DNA of 64,000 nt from a virus. Below the pieces are notes generated by a model. The model saw only the letters and a list, made by a program, of their open reading frames with translations. It ran no database searches and was not told the origin of the DNA. The DNA lies in the IMG/VR virus record IMGVR_UViG_3300033402_000312, one strand, 5' to 3'. Made by a program: the position numbers and the translations under genes. This document shows, piece by piece, positions 24,039-34,068 of this stretch (positions within the stretch are counted from its first letter, which is position 1; each line of letters opens with the position of its first letter).

Positions 24039-24355
24039 TAATCCTTTCCTGTTCCCACATTCCGAAGGAAAAAAGCATCGCTTTCGATCTCGTCCCGAAG
24101 CTCTTTCAGCAGCGCCTCGTCCGGCTGCCGCATGACGAACAAGCCGCCGACCTCTTTGCCTGGCGCACGCTGGATTGAGACCGCGTATCCGGTAACCTTG
24201 CCGTCCTTCTTTGTGGGTCCGATGTTGAGCGCCAGCATGCCCAGTAGGGATTCAGGCGGGTTGAACGACAGCATCCACGGTTCGTCAAGCACCTTGAACC
24301 CGGAGTCGCGGAAGCCTAGCTTTTCAAGTCCCGCGACGAATTCTTCGATTTGCAT
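24035..24355 (-). CDS. hypothetical protein
   Basis: 106-aa minus-strand ORF; the 25-nt repeat lies ~70 nt upstream. Confidence 0.5.
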   Translation of the reverse strand: MQIEEFVAGLEKLGFRDSGFKVLDEPWMLSFNPPESLLGMLALNIGPTKKDGKVTGYAVSIQRAPGKEVGGLFVMRQPDEALLKELRDEIESDAFFLRNVGTGKDY

Positions 24356-24425
24356 GACCTTTCCTCTCCTTTCCAGTCAAATCACCTCTCGTCCAGTCCA
24401 TTCCTATCCCCTCGACTCCAGCCGC

Positions 24426-24450
24426 CAACCCCTTGAAAAAGCTGATTTTG
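24426..24450. repeat. 25-nt direct repeat copy 1 (CAACCCCTTGAAAAAGCTGATTTTG)
   Basis: Identical 25-mer also at 25767-25791; lies upstream (minus sense) of gene 24035..24355. Confidence 0.8.
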
Positions 24451-24458
24451 AGTCAAGC

Positions 24459-25712
24459 TTAGAGAACGCCGGTCTTGAAGCGGACAAGCATAATTTTGCT
24501 CGTGCCAAGCTTTCCGAAGGCAGCCCGTAGCGGTCCGCAGAAGTGGTTCACAGCGATTCCTGCCAGCAGCAAGGACATCCAGTAGATGGGATAGCGGTAG
24601 CGCACGTCAAATTGCACCACGTAATACACCAATGGATACAGAGTCAACGCTGTGCCTAGCAGCAAGGCTGCCCTCCTGTTGTCCCTGTAGAGCAGCCACA
24701 AGCCAAAAACCGATAGGGCAGTGACCAGCCACGGGCAGTAGCGTAGGACGCCCTCCGGTCGGGTAAGCGGGTCGGGTGTCGGGAACCAGAACAGCCTTAT
24801 TCTTTTGAGTGTGAGAAGCGAAAATCGGGAGGGATTTGCTTCAATCCACGCGACGGCTAGCTTCTTTCTGCTCTGGAAATAGTTGTATTCCCCCGCCTGA
24901 GCCAAATCCCTTGCGATGCGGGCATTCAAATTCGGGTGGTATTTCATGTGGCTGCCGTTGGTCATGTTCTCGTTGAAGGAAGGGGCCGCGTCAGCGTTGT
25001 TGGAAACGTACAGTTCCAACCCGAATCCGTCGCGTATGAAAATAAATTCGCCGAATTGGCGGTAATTGCGCACCAACCACGGGGTTATCACCAGTGCGGC
25101 AAGCCCGCCGACGAGAACAATTCGGCGCACCATTTGAGGATGCCCATACAGCCAAATGAATGACCAAGGCAGAAGCAACAGCGAGAAGGCTGGCTGGGTG
25201 AAAATAAGCAGCCCCAATGAAAGCCCCAGAAACACCGCCCGCTTGGTTGTGGGCTTGTAAGTCAATTGTGCAAATACCGCAACGCTGAGAAGGGTCGCTA
25301 GAAACACTTCCCAGTTCGTGTCTACATGCAGGTGCAGGCCCACGACGCCAAGGAAGGCTGCGACGATTCCCGGATACAGCCCAAAGCCCATCTTGTGCGA
25401 TGTCAGGGGCAGCAGCCCAAGGGCTACAGCTATGAACAGGAAATTCACGAGCCACATTATCCACAAGGTTGAGGACGTATCCCCGCAAAGCCGGATGACA
25501 GACGCATACAAAGCCGGGTACACGGGGGATACAAACGCGGTTGGACGACCGGACGGAGCGGAAACGGTGCCGTTGTGCAGCAACGACATCACCCCATCCA
25601 TTACTTCGCCGCCGCGATAGGACAAATTGGGGAGCGGAGAGCCTGGGTTAACCACCAACAGAATGAAGCACGCCAGAATGACGGTGATCGTTACCTTGGT
25701 CGTTTGTCCCAT
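24459..25712 (-). CDS. polytopic membrane protein, GT-C-type glycosyltransferase-like
   Basis: 417 aa, ~10 predicted TM segments, acidic motif in first extracytoplasmic loop; size and topology like GT87/GT39-type lipid-linked sugar transferases. Confidence 0.55.
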   Translation of the reverse strand: MGQTTKVTITVILACFILLVVNPGSPLPNLSYRGGEVMDGVMSLLHNGTVSAPSGRPTAFVSPVYPALYASVIRLCGDTSSTLWIMWLVNFLFIAVALGLLPLTSHKMGFGLYPGIVAAFLGVVGLHLHVDTNWEVFLATLLSVAVFAQLTYKPTTKRAVFLGLSLGLLIFTQPAFSLLLLPWSFIWLYGHPQMVRRIVLVGGLAALVITPWLVRNYRQFGEFIFIRDGFGLELYVSNNADAAPSFNENMTNGSHMKYHPNLNARIARDLAQAGEYNYFQSRKKLAVAWIEANPSRFSLLTLKRIRLFWFPTPDPLTRPEGVLRYCPWLVTALSVFGLWLLYRDNRRAALLLGTALTLYPLVYYVVQFDVRYRYPIYWMSLLLAGIAVNHFCGPLRAAFGKLGTSKIMLVRFKTGVL

Positions 25713-25766
25713 AGTTCTCCCCTACAGCCAAAGTATACAGCCGCCGCCCCCGTTTTGGTTACCCGT

Positions 25767-25791
25767 CAACCCCTTGAAAAAGCTGATTTTG
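25767..25791. repeat. 25-nt direct repeat copy 2
   Basis: Identical to 24426-24450; 55-79 nt upstream (minus sense) of the membrane protein start. Confidence 0.8.
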
Positions 25792-25855
25792 GGGTATTTA
25801 GTAGCGGGCTTCCGATTTTCCGGCTTTTAAGCTCTAATTTGAGGGTACAAAACTC

Positions 25856-26587
25856 ATGGCAATAAACAACGGCACCAAGATCACGAGCATCATGGTATCC
25901 GCCGCCAACGGCGACACTTACGGCGACGCGGAGCGTCAGCTTTTCCGTGGCATCCAAACGCTTGTCATGCCCAACGTCATCAGCATGGCGCTGAGCACGC
26001 CCCCGCTCTCCCCGACTTTCGGTCAGGCTTACGTAGTGGCATCATCCCCGAGCGGCGCATGGGCTGGCCAAGCGAACAACATCACGGCATGGGCTATCGA
26101 TTCGCAGAGCGGTCCGCCGGTCACCACCGGCGCGTGGGAATTCTACGCCCCGCAGGCTGGCTGGGTGGTCTTTGACCAAACCACCAGCGCCTTCTGGGCA
26201 TGGAGCGGCTCGGCATGGGTTCTGTACAAGTCGGCACCCAAATCCCCTTCGGGAATCGTCACGGCAACCTCGACGACCACCCTCAGCCCCCTCTCGAACA
26301 GCAGCTTCCGCATCAACCTCAACAACGTCGCCACCGTCAGCCTTGTCATCAACAACGGCGGATACGACGGTCAGGAGATCACAGTCGAGTTTGTGCAGGG
26401 CGGTACGGTCGGATCGGCGGTGACGTTCGCCGCCAACATTCATGGCGCGGGCTTTCTCGTCACGGGAAGCAGCGCCTTTTCTGCGGCTCCCAGCACTGCC
26501 TTGAACTCCGTCTCCGTCCAACGCTACACATGGGACGCTGGCAACACGATTTGGTACGCGCTATCAACCGGCGTATCGGGTCAATAA
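25856..26587 (+). CDS. structural (tail fiber-like) protein
   Basis: 243 aa, Thr/Ser/Gly/Ala-rich with aromatic residues; precedes the giant protein gene. Confidence 0.5.
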   Translation: MAINNGTKITSIMVSAANGDTYGDAERQLFRGIQTLVMPNVISMALSTPPLSPTFGQAYVVASSPSGAWAGQANNITAWAIDSQSGPPVTTGAWEFYAPQAGWVVFDQTTSAFWAWSGSAWVLYKSAPKSPSGIVTATSTTTLSPLSNSSFRINLNNVATVSLVINNGGYDGQEITVEFVQGGTVGSAVTFAANIHGAGFLVTGSSAFSAAPSTALNSVSVQRYTWDAGNTIWYALSTGVSGQ

Positions 26588-26614
26588 TCCGAAACATATC
26601 TTCAACTTGCTGAA

Positions 26615-26653
26615 GAGGCGACACTTGCGCCGTGCCGCCTTTTCTTGTCTTTG
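26615..26653 (+). terminator. possible rho-independent terminator
   Basis: GC hairpin GGCG...CGCC/CCGCC followed by TTTTCTTGTCTTT after the 25856..26587 stop. Confidence 0.3.
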
Positions 26654-26680
26654 GCGAGCCTTTAGTAGGGGAATGACGCC

Positions 26681-29600
26681 TTGATCACCGCATTGGACAC
26701 TGTCTCGTGGTCATCCGAACTGGTTACAGGCAATGCCGAGTTCATTGAAGTCACATCGCCCGGCTCGCCGCCCGGCTCCGGCCCGAGCATCTTTGTCATT
26801 TCCAATGTCCGCAACGACAGCGCCGGGTTCGGCTTGGACTTCGGAGCCACCTTCGGCAGCCAGTTCAGCTTCGAGGTTTTGCAATCGGCCCCGTTTCCCC
26901 CGGCTCCCGGCCCCGGCTCCGGTTTCAACGTCACCGCATCGTACACTTTCCCGCAGCCGAACTACACTTTTGACCCGGTAGCCGCCTACGACGCGACGGG
27001 CGTCAACCCGGTGATCCACATCATCGGCACCCGCAACACGCCCACGGGGAAGATTTCGTCGAGCAGCCAATACAGCGACGTCATCAAGTTCACATACGAC
27101 ACGGTCGCGCAAACCCTGGCGGGGCCGATTGTCCTGAGTTCCGGCACGCGCATCCGCAGTCCCTACGACATCGCTGTTCTCCCGAACGGAAACCAGATCG
27201 TGGCCATGTCGCTCGCGGAGCCGATGATCCAGGGCGCTAACCCGGTTGTCTTCGTCTCGGTAGAAAGCAATGTCGCAACGCTCATCCTCAACGGGGACAT
27301 CACCCCGTTCGTCCCCGGTCAATGGGTGCTGCTGAACGGGTTCTCCAACGCCACGTTCCTGAACGGGCAAGTTGTGCGGGTCACCTCGGCGGCCGCAGGC
27401 GAGTTCAGTTTCGCCTTCCAGCTTCCGGTGCCCGGCTCGCCGCCCGGCAGCTACAACGAGCCGGAGCCTGTCGGCCCAGTCACGGCTTACGCCCAGCCAA
27501 TCGGCGACAGCGTGCTTGCCTTGGAACTTGACGTCGGCAGCGCCGTTGCGCAAGGGTATGGCTACAACTTCGGCGAGAGCTTCGGCAGCAACGAGGTGGT
27601 GCCAGCCTCCGCGACCATCATCGACAGTTCGCCTGCGCGTTCCGGGAACGCCTTCGACGGCATCTCGCTCGTGGGCAACGGGGGCATCGTCGAGCTTTAC
27701 TACCAAGCGCACCCGAAGGTTGTCACGTTCCAAGACCAGGTTTTCACGATCAACTTCACGAGCTTCGGGGCTACGAGTCCGACGCCCGCTTGGTCGCTGC
27801 CCGCAGTCCCGATCACGGCATTCACGGCGCGGTACTCCGACAGCAGGCTCACGGTGCTCGCCGATGCGGGCAACAACCGCTACCTTTCCCAGACTTACTG
27901 GAGCCAGTCCAACCACCCCTACGGCATTCTCGGCAATGCCCTCCTTGGATACAAGCCGTCCGGCGACCCTTGGGTTTTCTCCTCGGCCCTTGGGACATTC
28001 ATGGGCGGTTCCATTGTCCAAAGCACCCTCGCGGTCGCTCAAGGCGGCATGGTCAACCTCGTGTACCTGCTCCAGCCCTTCGACCAGGTCGCCAATCCTC
28101 CGTCCACGGTTGCGGCTGCGTACCCGCTGCGAGTCGCCACGGTGACCACAAGCCCCCCGACTCTCGACCTCACGAACGTGCCGGGCTTCTACAACAACGC
28201 GAACTTCACGTGGCTGCGCGGCACCAAGTCTGTGGTTGACAACGAGTCGATTTGGGCTGTCGTGGGTGAGCGCGAAGCCTTGACGACCGTAACGGGGGAA
28301 GCTCAAACAGTCCCGGCTCTTCCCGCGCCATCCATTGTCCGGGTTGACAACTACTCCGGGTACTTTGAGAATGTCATGGTAACGTACGCGCTGACCGGCG
28401 TCCCGCTGGTGGAGGTTGCGACCTCCCCCGCGCAAGGGCAATACGCCGTCGAGCCTTCGACCGGGGAGTATTCGTTCAACAGGGCGGACGCGGGGTCGCC
28501 GGTTGCGATCAGCTACAGCTACGTCTCTGGCATCCAGCCAGTCTACGCGAGCGCGTTCATCGTCCCCCCGGTCGCGGCTCTTGCGCCCTCGCCCGCGACA
28601 GTGTATCGCAGCGGCACATTCTATTCGACCGACACTGCAACCATCACCAAGATTAGCCTCAGCGAAAGCAGCCTCACGGTCACTTGCAACAACGACTTCC
28701 AAGCGGGGGAGCAGGTAGCCATGTACGGCATCGGCACCGTGGCGTTCCTGAACGGCATCACGCTGACTGTCGCGAGCGCGACGCCAGCCCAGTTCACCGC
28801 CTATTTCTCCCCGCAGCTTGCGGCAACAATCAAGCTGCTGAGCGGACTGAGCTTCGGCTTCGGCTTCAATTTCGGCAGCAACTTCAGCGTCTACAGCAAG
28901 CCGGACACGGGCGTCGCCGCCAACCTCAGAGCCGGGGCGCTCACGTTTTCCGCTGCGGGATCGACTGACGCCTCCGGCAATGCGTTGGAATTCTTCTGGT
29001 CGGAGAACGACCCAGACCTCGTGGATGTCACGCTCCAGACGAACAGCAGCCAAGCCACCCTCAACGTGGCAAGAAAAGCCGGGCCGACCTCGCGCAACTT
29101 CGATGTGGGCGTCGCGATTGTTGACCTGGAAGTAGACCTTGTCACCCAGATACACCCCGCCCTGCTGGTTTCGAACGCGACAGTCGTGGGGTTCGACACC
29201 ATCACGCTCGCTTTCGCGCCTCCGGGCGGCGCAGGCTTTGGCTCTGCGTTCGGCGCACACTTCGGCTTGCCGGTTCCGTCAGGCGCGGTTGTCCCCGTGG
29301 CGGGCGAGCAAGCTATGATGTACGGCATGGTGCTGACTGCGCCGCAAGCTCCGACGCTGGGTCAGGTGCCCGGAGGCTCGCTGCCAGCACAGAATAACCT
29401 GTCCGTGATCGTTACCTACGTGAATAACGCGGGCGAAACGGTCGGAAGCAGCAATTCCATCCTCAGCGTGGGCGCGAACAGCCTGCTGACCGTGAATTCT
29501 CCGGGCGGCAACGGCACGGCGACGGCGTACAACGTGTATGTCGGGACTCCGGGCAGCGAAACGCTGCAAACGCTGACGCCGCAGCCCCTCGGCTCGACGT

Positions 29601-32239
29601 TCATCGAACCGACCTCGGGGCTGATCGCGTCGTTTACGACGCCGCCCTTGACAAGCACGGCGTCGGAGGTGGTTCTCAACGATGAGGTGCTCACGCTCAC
29701 GAGCGTCACCCCGACCACAATGAACGCCCCTTTCACAACTGCCGGGACGTTCGGCATCGACTTCGGTCACAATTTCAACGGCAACTATTCGGCATCGCTC
29801 ACGGGCTTTGTTATCGCGCAATTCCAATTTGCCGTCGCCGACGTCACTGTGCCCCAGAACGTCGCGCCTGCCATCGTCTTCCCCGCCCCGCTGTGGAGCG
29901 CCGGAAATATGCTGGGCGTCGCAGCGGTCACTGCGACCTCGGTGCTGCCCGTCCCCGGCTCGCCTCCGACGTCGTCGAATGTGCTTACGGTTACGTGCGC
30001 GAACTCCTTCATCGCGGGCGAAACGGTGACCTTGAACGGCACGGTCGAAGCCTTCCTGAACGGGCAGCCCCTCACGGTCATCTCGGCATCCCCAACCCAG
30101 TTCACTGCGAATTTTGCCGCCGCTCCCTACACGAACGTAGCCGACACAGGCACGGCGACGCTGGAGCTTGCCCGCAACACGCAGATCACCATCACGCCGA
30201 CGCCGAACGCAGCCGACCCCACTACCCAATTCCCCGTCGTGTACACCGGAATCTACGACCCGGACGACACAGTCAGCTATCTGTGGACGCAGACGGGAGG
30301 CACTGCCGTCACGGTTGTCGGCGGCGACGGCAATCCGTCCTTCTCGTTCCTCACGAACGGCGTCAACGTCAATGGCGAAGCCTTGACATTCAGCCTGACC
30401 GCAAGCGACGGCGTCAATTCCCCGGTCACGTCGAGCTTCACCGTCAATGTCGCGGCGTACAATTTCGCAAGCACGAACGACACGAGGCAACTGTCGCGCT
30501 CCGTCTGGGGCCAAACGGCTACTGTCAGCAACGTGGTGGTTGCCTCGGGCGTCGCGACCATAACGGCAAACAACGGCTTCCTTGCGGGGGAGCCTGTCAG
30601 GTTTTCGAGCCTCGCGAATGCGACATTCCTAAACAATGTCGTCGGCTTCTTTGTCGCATCGGCCGACGCGTCCCAGTTCACGTTCTCAACCACGTTGCCG
30701 GACTACCCGTCCACAGCGGACAGCGGCACCGCCTACGCCACGATGCCGATCTCGCAGCGCAACCTGCCTCAGGTCTGGTTGCCGCTGGACATTTCCATCC
30801 TCTTCAGCGACCTGGCCAGCGTAAAGCGCGTGTCCGTCACTGACGGCAGCGACCGCTACATCGTGATCTCGCCCTACAGCGTGCTCGTGTACGGCGTGTT
30901 TCCGTCCGCCAACCCGGTGGCGGTGCTCCTGCGCAAGCTCCTGACGCCGAATCGCACGGTCATACTCGACGCCGTTCATACCGAGCAGGACTACACGCTG
31001 GTGCTGGACGCCAGCGGCAACATCTTCCGCTACTCGACCGCGCCGCTGATTGACACGGACAACCCGGACACCGCGCTGATCCTGTCGGACATCACGTCCA
31101 TCAGTTTCACAGACACCGACCTTGACGGCGACGTGAAGATCATGACGACGCAAAGCTTCGCCAACAACCGCATCGTGGTGCTCTCGGGCGAGCAGGGGGC
31201 GGTGCTGCTGCAACTCAACACCACGACGCTTGCGGTGCAGGGGGTGCTCGAATTCCTGACCGCCGACAGCCTTCTTTACGGAGCGGACGGAATTCAGTTT
31301 GTGCGCTGGGTCAACATGGACAACCTGCATACCGGGCGGGTGCTCCTTGGTTCCGTGGTGTACAACTCTGCGAATGTCACGCAAGTCGCCATCGCCAACA
31401 ACGCCTTGACGCTCACGGGTGCCAACGATTTCGTCGTCGGCGACGAGATTGTGCTGTCGGGCATGCAGAACGCGACGTTCCTCAACGGCGTCGCCGTCAA
31501 AGCGGTCAGCGCCACGGCTGCCCAGTTCACGGCGTCGTTTGAGTATCCGGGAAACTACGGCCCCGTTGCCGAAGCCACAGGCTTCGCCGAGGCGCAGACT
31601 TCCGGCACGACCTACGAGACGCTTGTGGACTTGTCTCAGGGGCAAATCATCGGCACATGGGACAAGAGCAAGCTCCGCAACCAGTTCGTGCAGACGGGCG
31701 AAATCCTGTTCACGCCGGACACGACATATTCCGGCGTCCCGACCCCGCCAGTGCTGTTGCAGCCGTCTTCCGTTGTCCAGAACGGGAAGACCTATGTCAC
31801 CCTTGCCTGGCAGCAGGAACGCCCAGACCTCATCACCTCGTATATCGTCGGCTTCGCCATCGGAACCCGAGTTTTCGGCGTGGTGCCGGTTTCTGCCCCG
31901 TACACGTTCCAAATCCCCGTCCTATTCACCTTCACGGCGGACGAGGGGGTCGTGGACACAACCACCAGCACGCCGCTTGTCTCCGTGTCGGGCACCCCGC
32001 AGGCGGGGCAGTACACAGTCGCCCCGACCGGGCTGTACACGTTCAACGCAGCGCAGGCGGGGCATGCCATAGCCGTTTCCATCCGCCAATCCTTCAACGC
32101 CTTGCAGAATGTGGGAAGCGGCGCTACGCAGTCGATCACCGTGCTTCTCGCCGCTGGGCAGACGTACTTCTTCGAGGTTCAGGCCTTCGGTCTCGACGGT
32201 CGAAGCGGACAGTCTAATATCCAATCCATCAGTATTTAG
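26681..32239 (+). CDS. giant structural protein (1852 aa) with five dispersed ~40-aa repeat modules
   Basis: TTG start; repeat F..G(E/Q).V.L.G..NATFLNG....V.SA...QFT..F occurs 5 times; C-terminal FN3-like region. Confidence 0.7.
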   Translation: MITALDTVSWSSELVTGNAEFIEVTSPGSPPGSGPSIFVISNVRNDSAGFGLDFGATFGSQFSFEVLQSAPFPPAPGPGSGFNVTASYTFPQPNYTFDPVAAYDATGVNPVIHIIGTRNTPTGKISSSSQYSDVIKFTYDTVAQTLAGPIVLSSGTRIRSPYDIAVLPNGNQIVAMSLAEPMIQGANPVVFVSVESNVATLILNGDITPFVPGQWVLLNGFSNATFLNGQVVRVTSAAAGEFSFAFQLPVPGSPPGSYNEPEPVGPVTAYAQPIGDSVLALELDVGSAVAQGYGYNFGESFGSNEVVPASATIIDSSPARSGNAFDGISLVGNGGIVELYYQAHPKVVTFQDQVFTINFTSFGATSPTPAWSLPAVPITAFTARYSDSRLTVLADAGNNRYLSQTYWSQSNHPYGILGNALLGYKPSGDPWVFSSALGTFMGGSIVQSTLAVAQGGMVNLVYLLQPFDQVANPPSTVAAAYPLRVATVTTSPPTLDLTNVPGFYNNANFTWLRGTKSVVDNESIWAVVGEREALTTVTGEAQTVPALPAPSIVRVDNYSGYFENVMVTYALTGVPLVEVATSPAQGQYAVEPSTGEYSFNRADAGSPVAISYSYVSGIQPVYASAFIVPPVAALAPSPATVYRSGTFYSTDTATITKISLSESSLTVTCNNDFQAGEQVAMYGIGTVAFLNGITLTVASATPAQFTAYFSPQLAATIKLLSGLSFGFGFNFGSNFSVYSKPDTGVAANLRAGALTFSAAGSTDASGNALEFFWSENDPDLVDVTLQTNSSQATLNVARKAGPTSRNFDVGVAIVDLEVDLVTQIHPALLVSNATVVGFDTITLAFAPPGGAGFGSAFGAHFGLPVPSGAVVPVAGEQAMMYGMVLTAPQAPTLGQVPGGSLPAQNNLSVIVTYVNNAGETVGSSNSILSVGANSLLTVNSPGGNGTATAYNVYVGTPGSETLQTLTPQPLGSTFIEPTSGLIASFTTPPLTSTASEVVLNDEVLTLTSVTPTTMNAPFTTAGTFGIDFGHNFNGNYSASLTGFVIAQFQFAVADVTVPQNVAPAIVFPAPLWSAGNMLGVAAVTATSVLPVPGSPPTSSNVLTVTCANSFIAGETVTLNGTVEAFLNGQPLTVISASPTQFTANFAAAPYTNVADTGTATLELARNTQITITPTPNAADPTTQFPVVYTGIYDPDDTVSYLWTQTGGTAVTVVGGDGNPSFSFLTNGVNVNGEALTFSLTASDGVNSPVTSSFTVNVAAYNFASTNDTRQLSRSVWGQTATVSNVVVASGVATITANNGFLAGEPVRFSSLANATFLNNVVGFFVASADASQFTFSTTLPDYPSTADSGTAYATMPISQRNLPQVWLPLDISILFSDLASVKRVSVTDGSDRYIVISPYSVLVYGVFPSANPVAVLLRKLLTPNRTVILDAVHTEQDYTLVLDASGNIFRYSTAPLIDTDNPDTALILSDITSISFTDTDLDGDVKIMTTQSFANNRIVVLSGEQGAVLLQLNTTTLAVQGVLEFLTADSLLYGADGIQFVRWVNMDNLHTGRVLLGSVVYNSANVTQVAIANNALTLTGANDFVVGDEIVLSGMQNATFLNGVAVKAVSATAAQFTASFEYPGNYGPVAEATGFAEAQTSGTTYETLVDLSQGQIIGTWDKSKLRNQFVQTGEILFTPDTTYSGVPTPPVLLQPSSVVQNGKTYVTLAWQQERPDLITSYIVGFAIGTRVFGVVPVSAPYTFQIPVLFTFTADEGVVDTTTSTPLVSVSGTPQAGQYTVAPTGLYTFNAAQAGHAIAVSIRQSFNALQNVGSGATQSITVLLAAGQTYFFEVQAFGLDGRSGQSNIQSISI

Positions 32240-32244
32240 TTAAG

Positions 32245-33264
32245 ATGCTCGTTAGCAAAAAGGACCTGCTTTCGCCGCTCAAATCCCTTGCTGCTTTCGA
32301 CCACAAGGGAGCGCCGTACGTCGGCGTCCAACTTGTGGAGAAGCACAAGCCCATGTTCCTGCGGTCGAACAATGACGGCATCATCCAGTCCAAGGAATAC
32401 GGGCTGTTCCCCACCACTTTCGTATCCCTCAGCCACCTGATCAACGTCCTCCGCAACTGCCCTGAGGACAGCATCGAGCTTAGCGTAAACGAGCGCGGGA
32501 TCATGCGCATGTACGGCACGAGCGAGGTCGGCTCGAACACCGAAACCAACGTCCACACCGTGAGCGAAAAGCAGGCGGGGATGAAGACGCACGACATCGG
32601 GATGCGCATGGTGACCTTGGACACACGGACGTTCGCCGGGTTCGACATCGACAAGCTTGCGCTGGTGTCCGAGCCTGTGCTCGCGCACGGCAAGCTCATG
32701 CTGGCGACCAACAGGGGTGCGGTCGTGATGTGGAGGAACGAGCTTTTCGCCAGCCAGCCCATGAACCTCAGCCCGAGGGAGCCTTTCCTCCGCATGATCT
32801 GCGGGCAGGACGGCGTGGACGAGCTTTCGCTCACCAAGAACGGCTACTGGGGCGCGGGGATCGGCGACCTCGTGACCTACACCAAAGGGCACATCCTCGG
32901 GCGGCAGCTTTTCGACAGCTACAACCAGCCCGGCGTCGAGGCTGCGCAGCTTCCCGCCGAGCGCCTGCTGACCTGCCTGCACGCAGCCGTGGGGCTGCTC
33001 GACGAGCAGGAGATCATCGAAATCGACCCCAAGCTGGGCGTCATCGCAAGGGGCACATTCGGCGAAAACCGCAACTCCCTCGGGGAAACCGGAAACTGGA
33101 GCCGCTTCAGTCTGCAAGCTAAGACCGCCAAGGTAGTCATAGATGCTCTCTCGCAAGCAGCCGGAGACTGTGCTACACTGGAGCTTACATCAACCGGATC
33201 GGGGCCAACCCCCACAATGAGGCTGGTTCGCGGCTCGTTAAGCGTAAACTTTCGGTCATTTTGA
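32245..33264 (+). CDS. putative DNA sliding clamp (DnaN/gp45-like)
   Basis: N-terminus MLVSKKDLLSPLKSLAAF resembles clamp N-termini; 339 aa; a clamp loader is present at 42961. Confidence 0.4.
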   Translation: MLVSKKDLLSPLKSLAAFDHKGAPYVGVQLVEKHKPMFLRSNNDGIIQSKEYGLFPTTFVSLSHLINVLRNCPEDSIELSVNERGIMRMYGTSEVGSNTETNVHTVSEKQAGMKTHDIGMRMVTLDTRTFAGFDIDKLALVSEPVLAHGKLMLATNRGAVVMWRNELFASQPMNLSPREPFLRMICGQDGVDELSLTKNGYWGAGIGDLVTYTKGHILGRQLFDSYNQPGVEAAQLPAERLLTCLHAAVGLLDEQEIIEIDPKLGVIARGTFGENRNSLGETGNWSRFSLQAKTAKVVIDALSQAAGDCATLELTSTGSGPTPTMRLVRGSLSVNFRSF

Positions 33265-33295
33265 AATTTCCATCCGCGTACGGAGAACAAGGACG

Positions 33296-33631
33296 ATGAC
33301 CAATGCGACTGAAATCTATCAAGCACATACACTCGTGCCGCCCATCCCGAGGGAATATCCTTGTACTGTGACTTGCAGATGCAAATGCGGTGCCGAAATT
33401 AAAGCCATTTCATTTGAGGCGTTGCAGTTCATTTTTGCGCTTCACCAAATTACCGAGACGCAAAAGGAAGTGTTGACGATGGTGGTGAAGCACACGCCCG
33501 AACTTTACCAAAAAACGGACCACGGTTATTGGATTGTGTGCGGGTGCGGGGCACATATCGAAGCCGGAAAAGACGGAAACGATTGGTCAAAGTGGCGCAA
33601 CCACATTCTCAGCTTGGGTGAGATGGCGTAA
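33296..33631 (+). CDS. hypothetical Cys-rich protein
   Basis: 111-aa ORF with several Cys/His. Confidence 0.45.
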   Translation: MTNATEIYQAHTLVPPIPREYPCTVTCRCKCGAEIKAISFEALQFIFALHQITETQKEVLTMVVKHTPELYQKTDHGYWIVCGCGAHIEAGKDGNDWSKWRNHILSLGEMA

Positions 33632-33669
33632 TTCGTCGCAGGTAGATTACAAGAGAAGGGATAAACCAA

Positions 33670-33996
33670 ATGCAGCAAGTCACAGACGATACGTTCCAGC
33701 AGGAAGTCCTCGCCTCGGAAATCCCGGTGCTTGTCGATTTCCATGCCGACTGGTGCAACCCGTGCCGCGCCGCCGCGCCCGCCATCGAAGCCCTTGCCGA
33801 GGAGTACGCGGGCAGGGTCAAGGTCGTCAAGGTTGACGTAGACAAAGACAGCAAGCACGCCATGGAGCACGGTGTGCGCGGCATACCTAACTTCATTGTT
33901 TTCAAGGGCGGACAGCGTGCGGCCCAGTTCGTGGGCTGGCATGACAAGGTCGTTGGCGACATTCGTGCAGCTTTGGACGCCGCGCTGGCATCTTAA
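33670..33996 (+). CDS. trx: thioredoxin
   Basis: Active site WCNPC; DTFQQEVL...VLVDFHADWC...KVDVD...GIPNFIVFKGG thioredoxin fold signature; 108 aa. Confidence 0.9.
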   Translation: MQQVTDDTFQQEVLASEIPVLVDFHADWCNPCRAAAPAIEALAEEYAGRVKVVKVDVDKDSKHAMEHGVRGIPNFIVFKGGQRAAQFVGWHDKVVGDIRAALDAALAS

Positions 33997-34068
33997 AGTA
34001 TAGGATGCTGTAAAGATTTTGCCCTCCGGGCGGTTATATACAGTGGAGCCAAGAGGAGGCTCCCGCTT

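Noticed and set aside
26711-31912. Minus-strand ORFs of 849, 411 and 408 aa inside the giant protein gene
   Set aside because: Arg-rich antisense translations of a GC-rich gene; the + strand ORF is a single 1852-aa reading frame with internal repeats.
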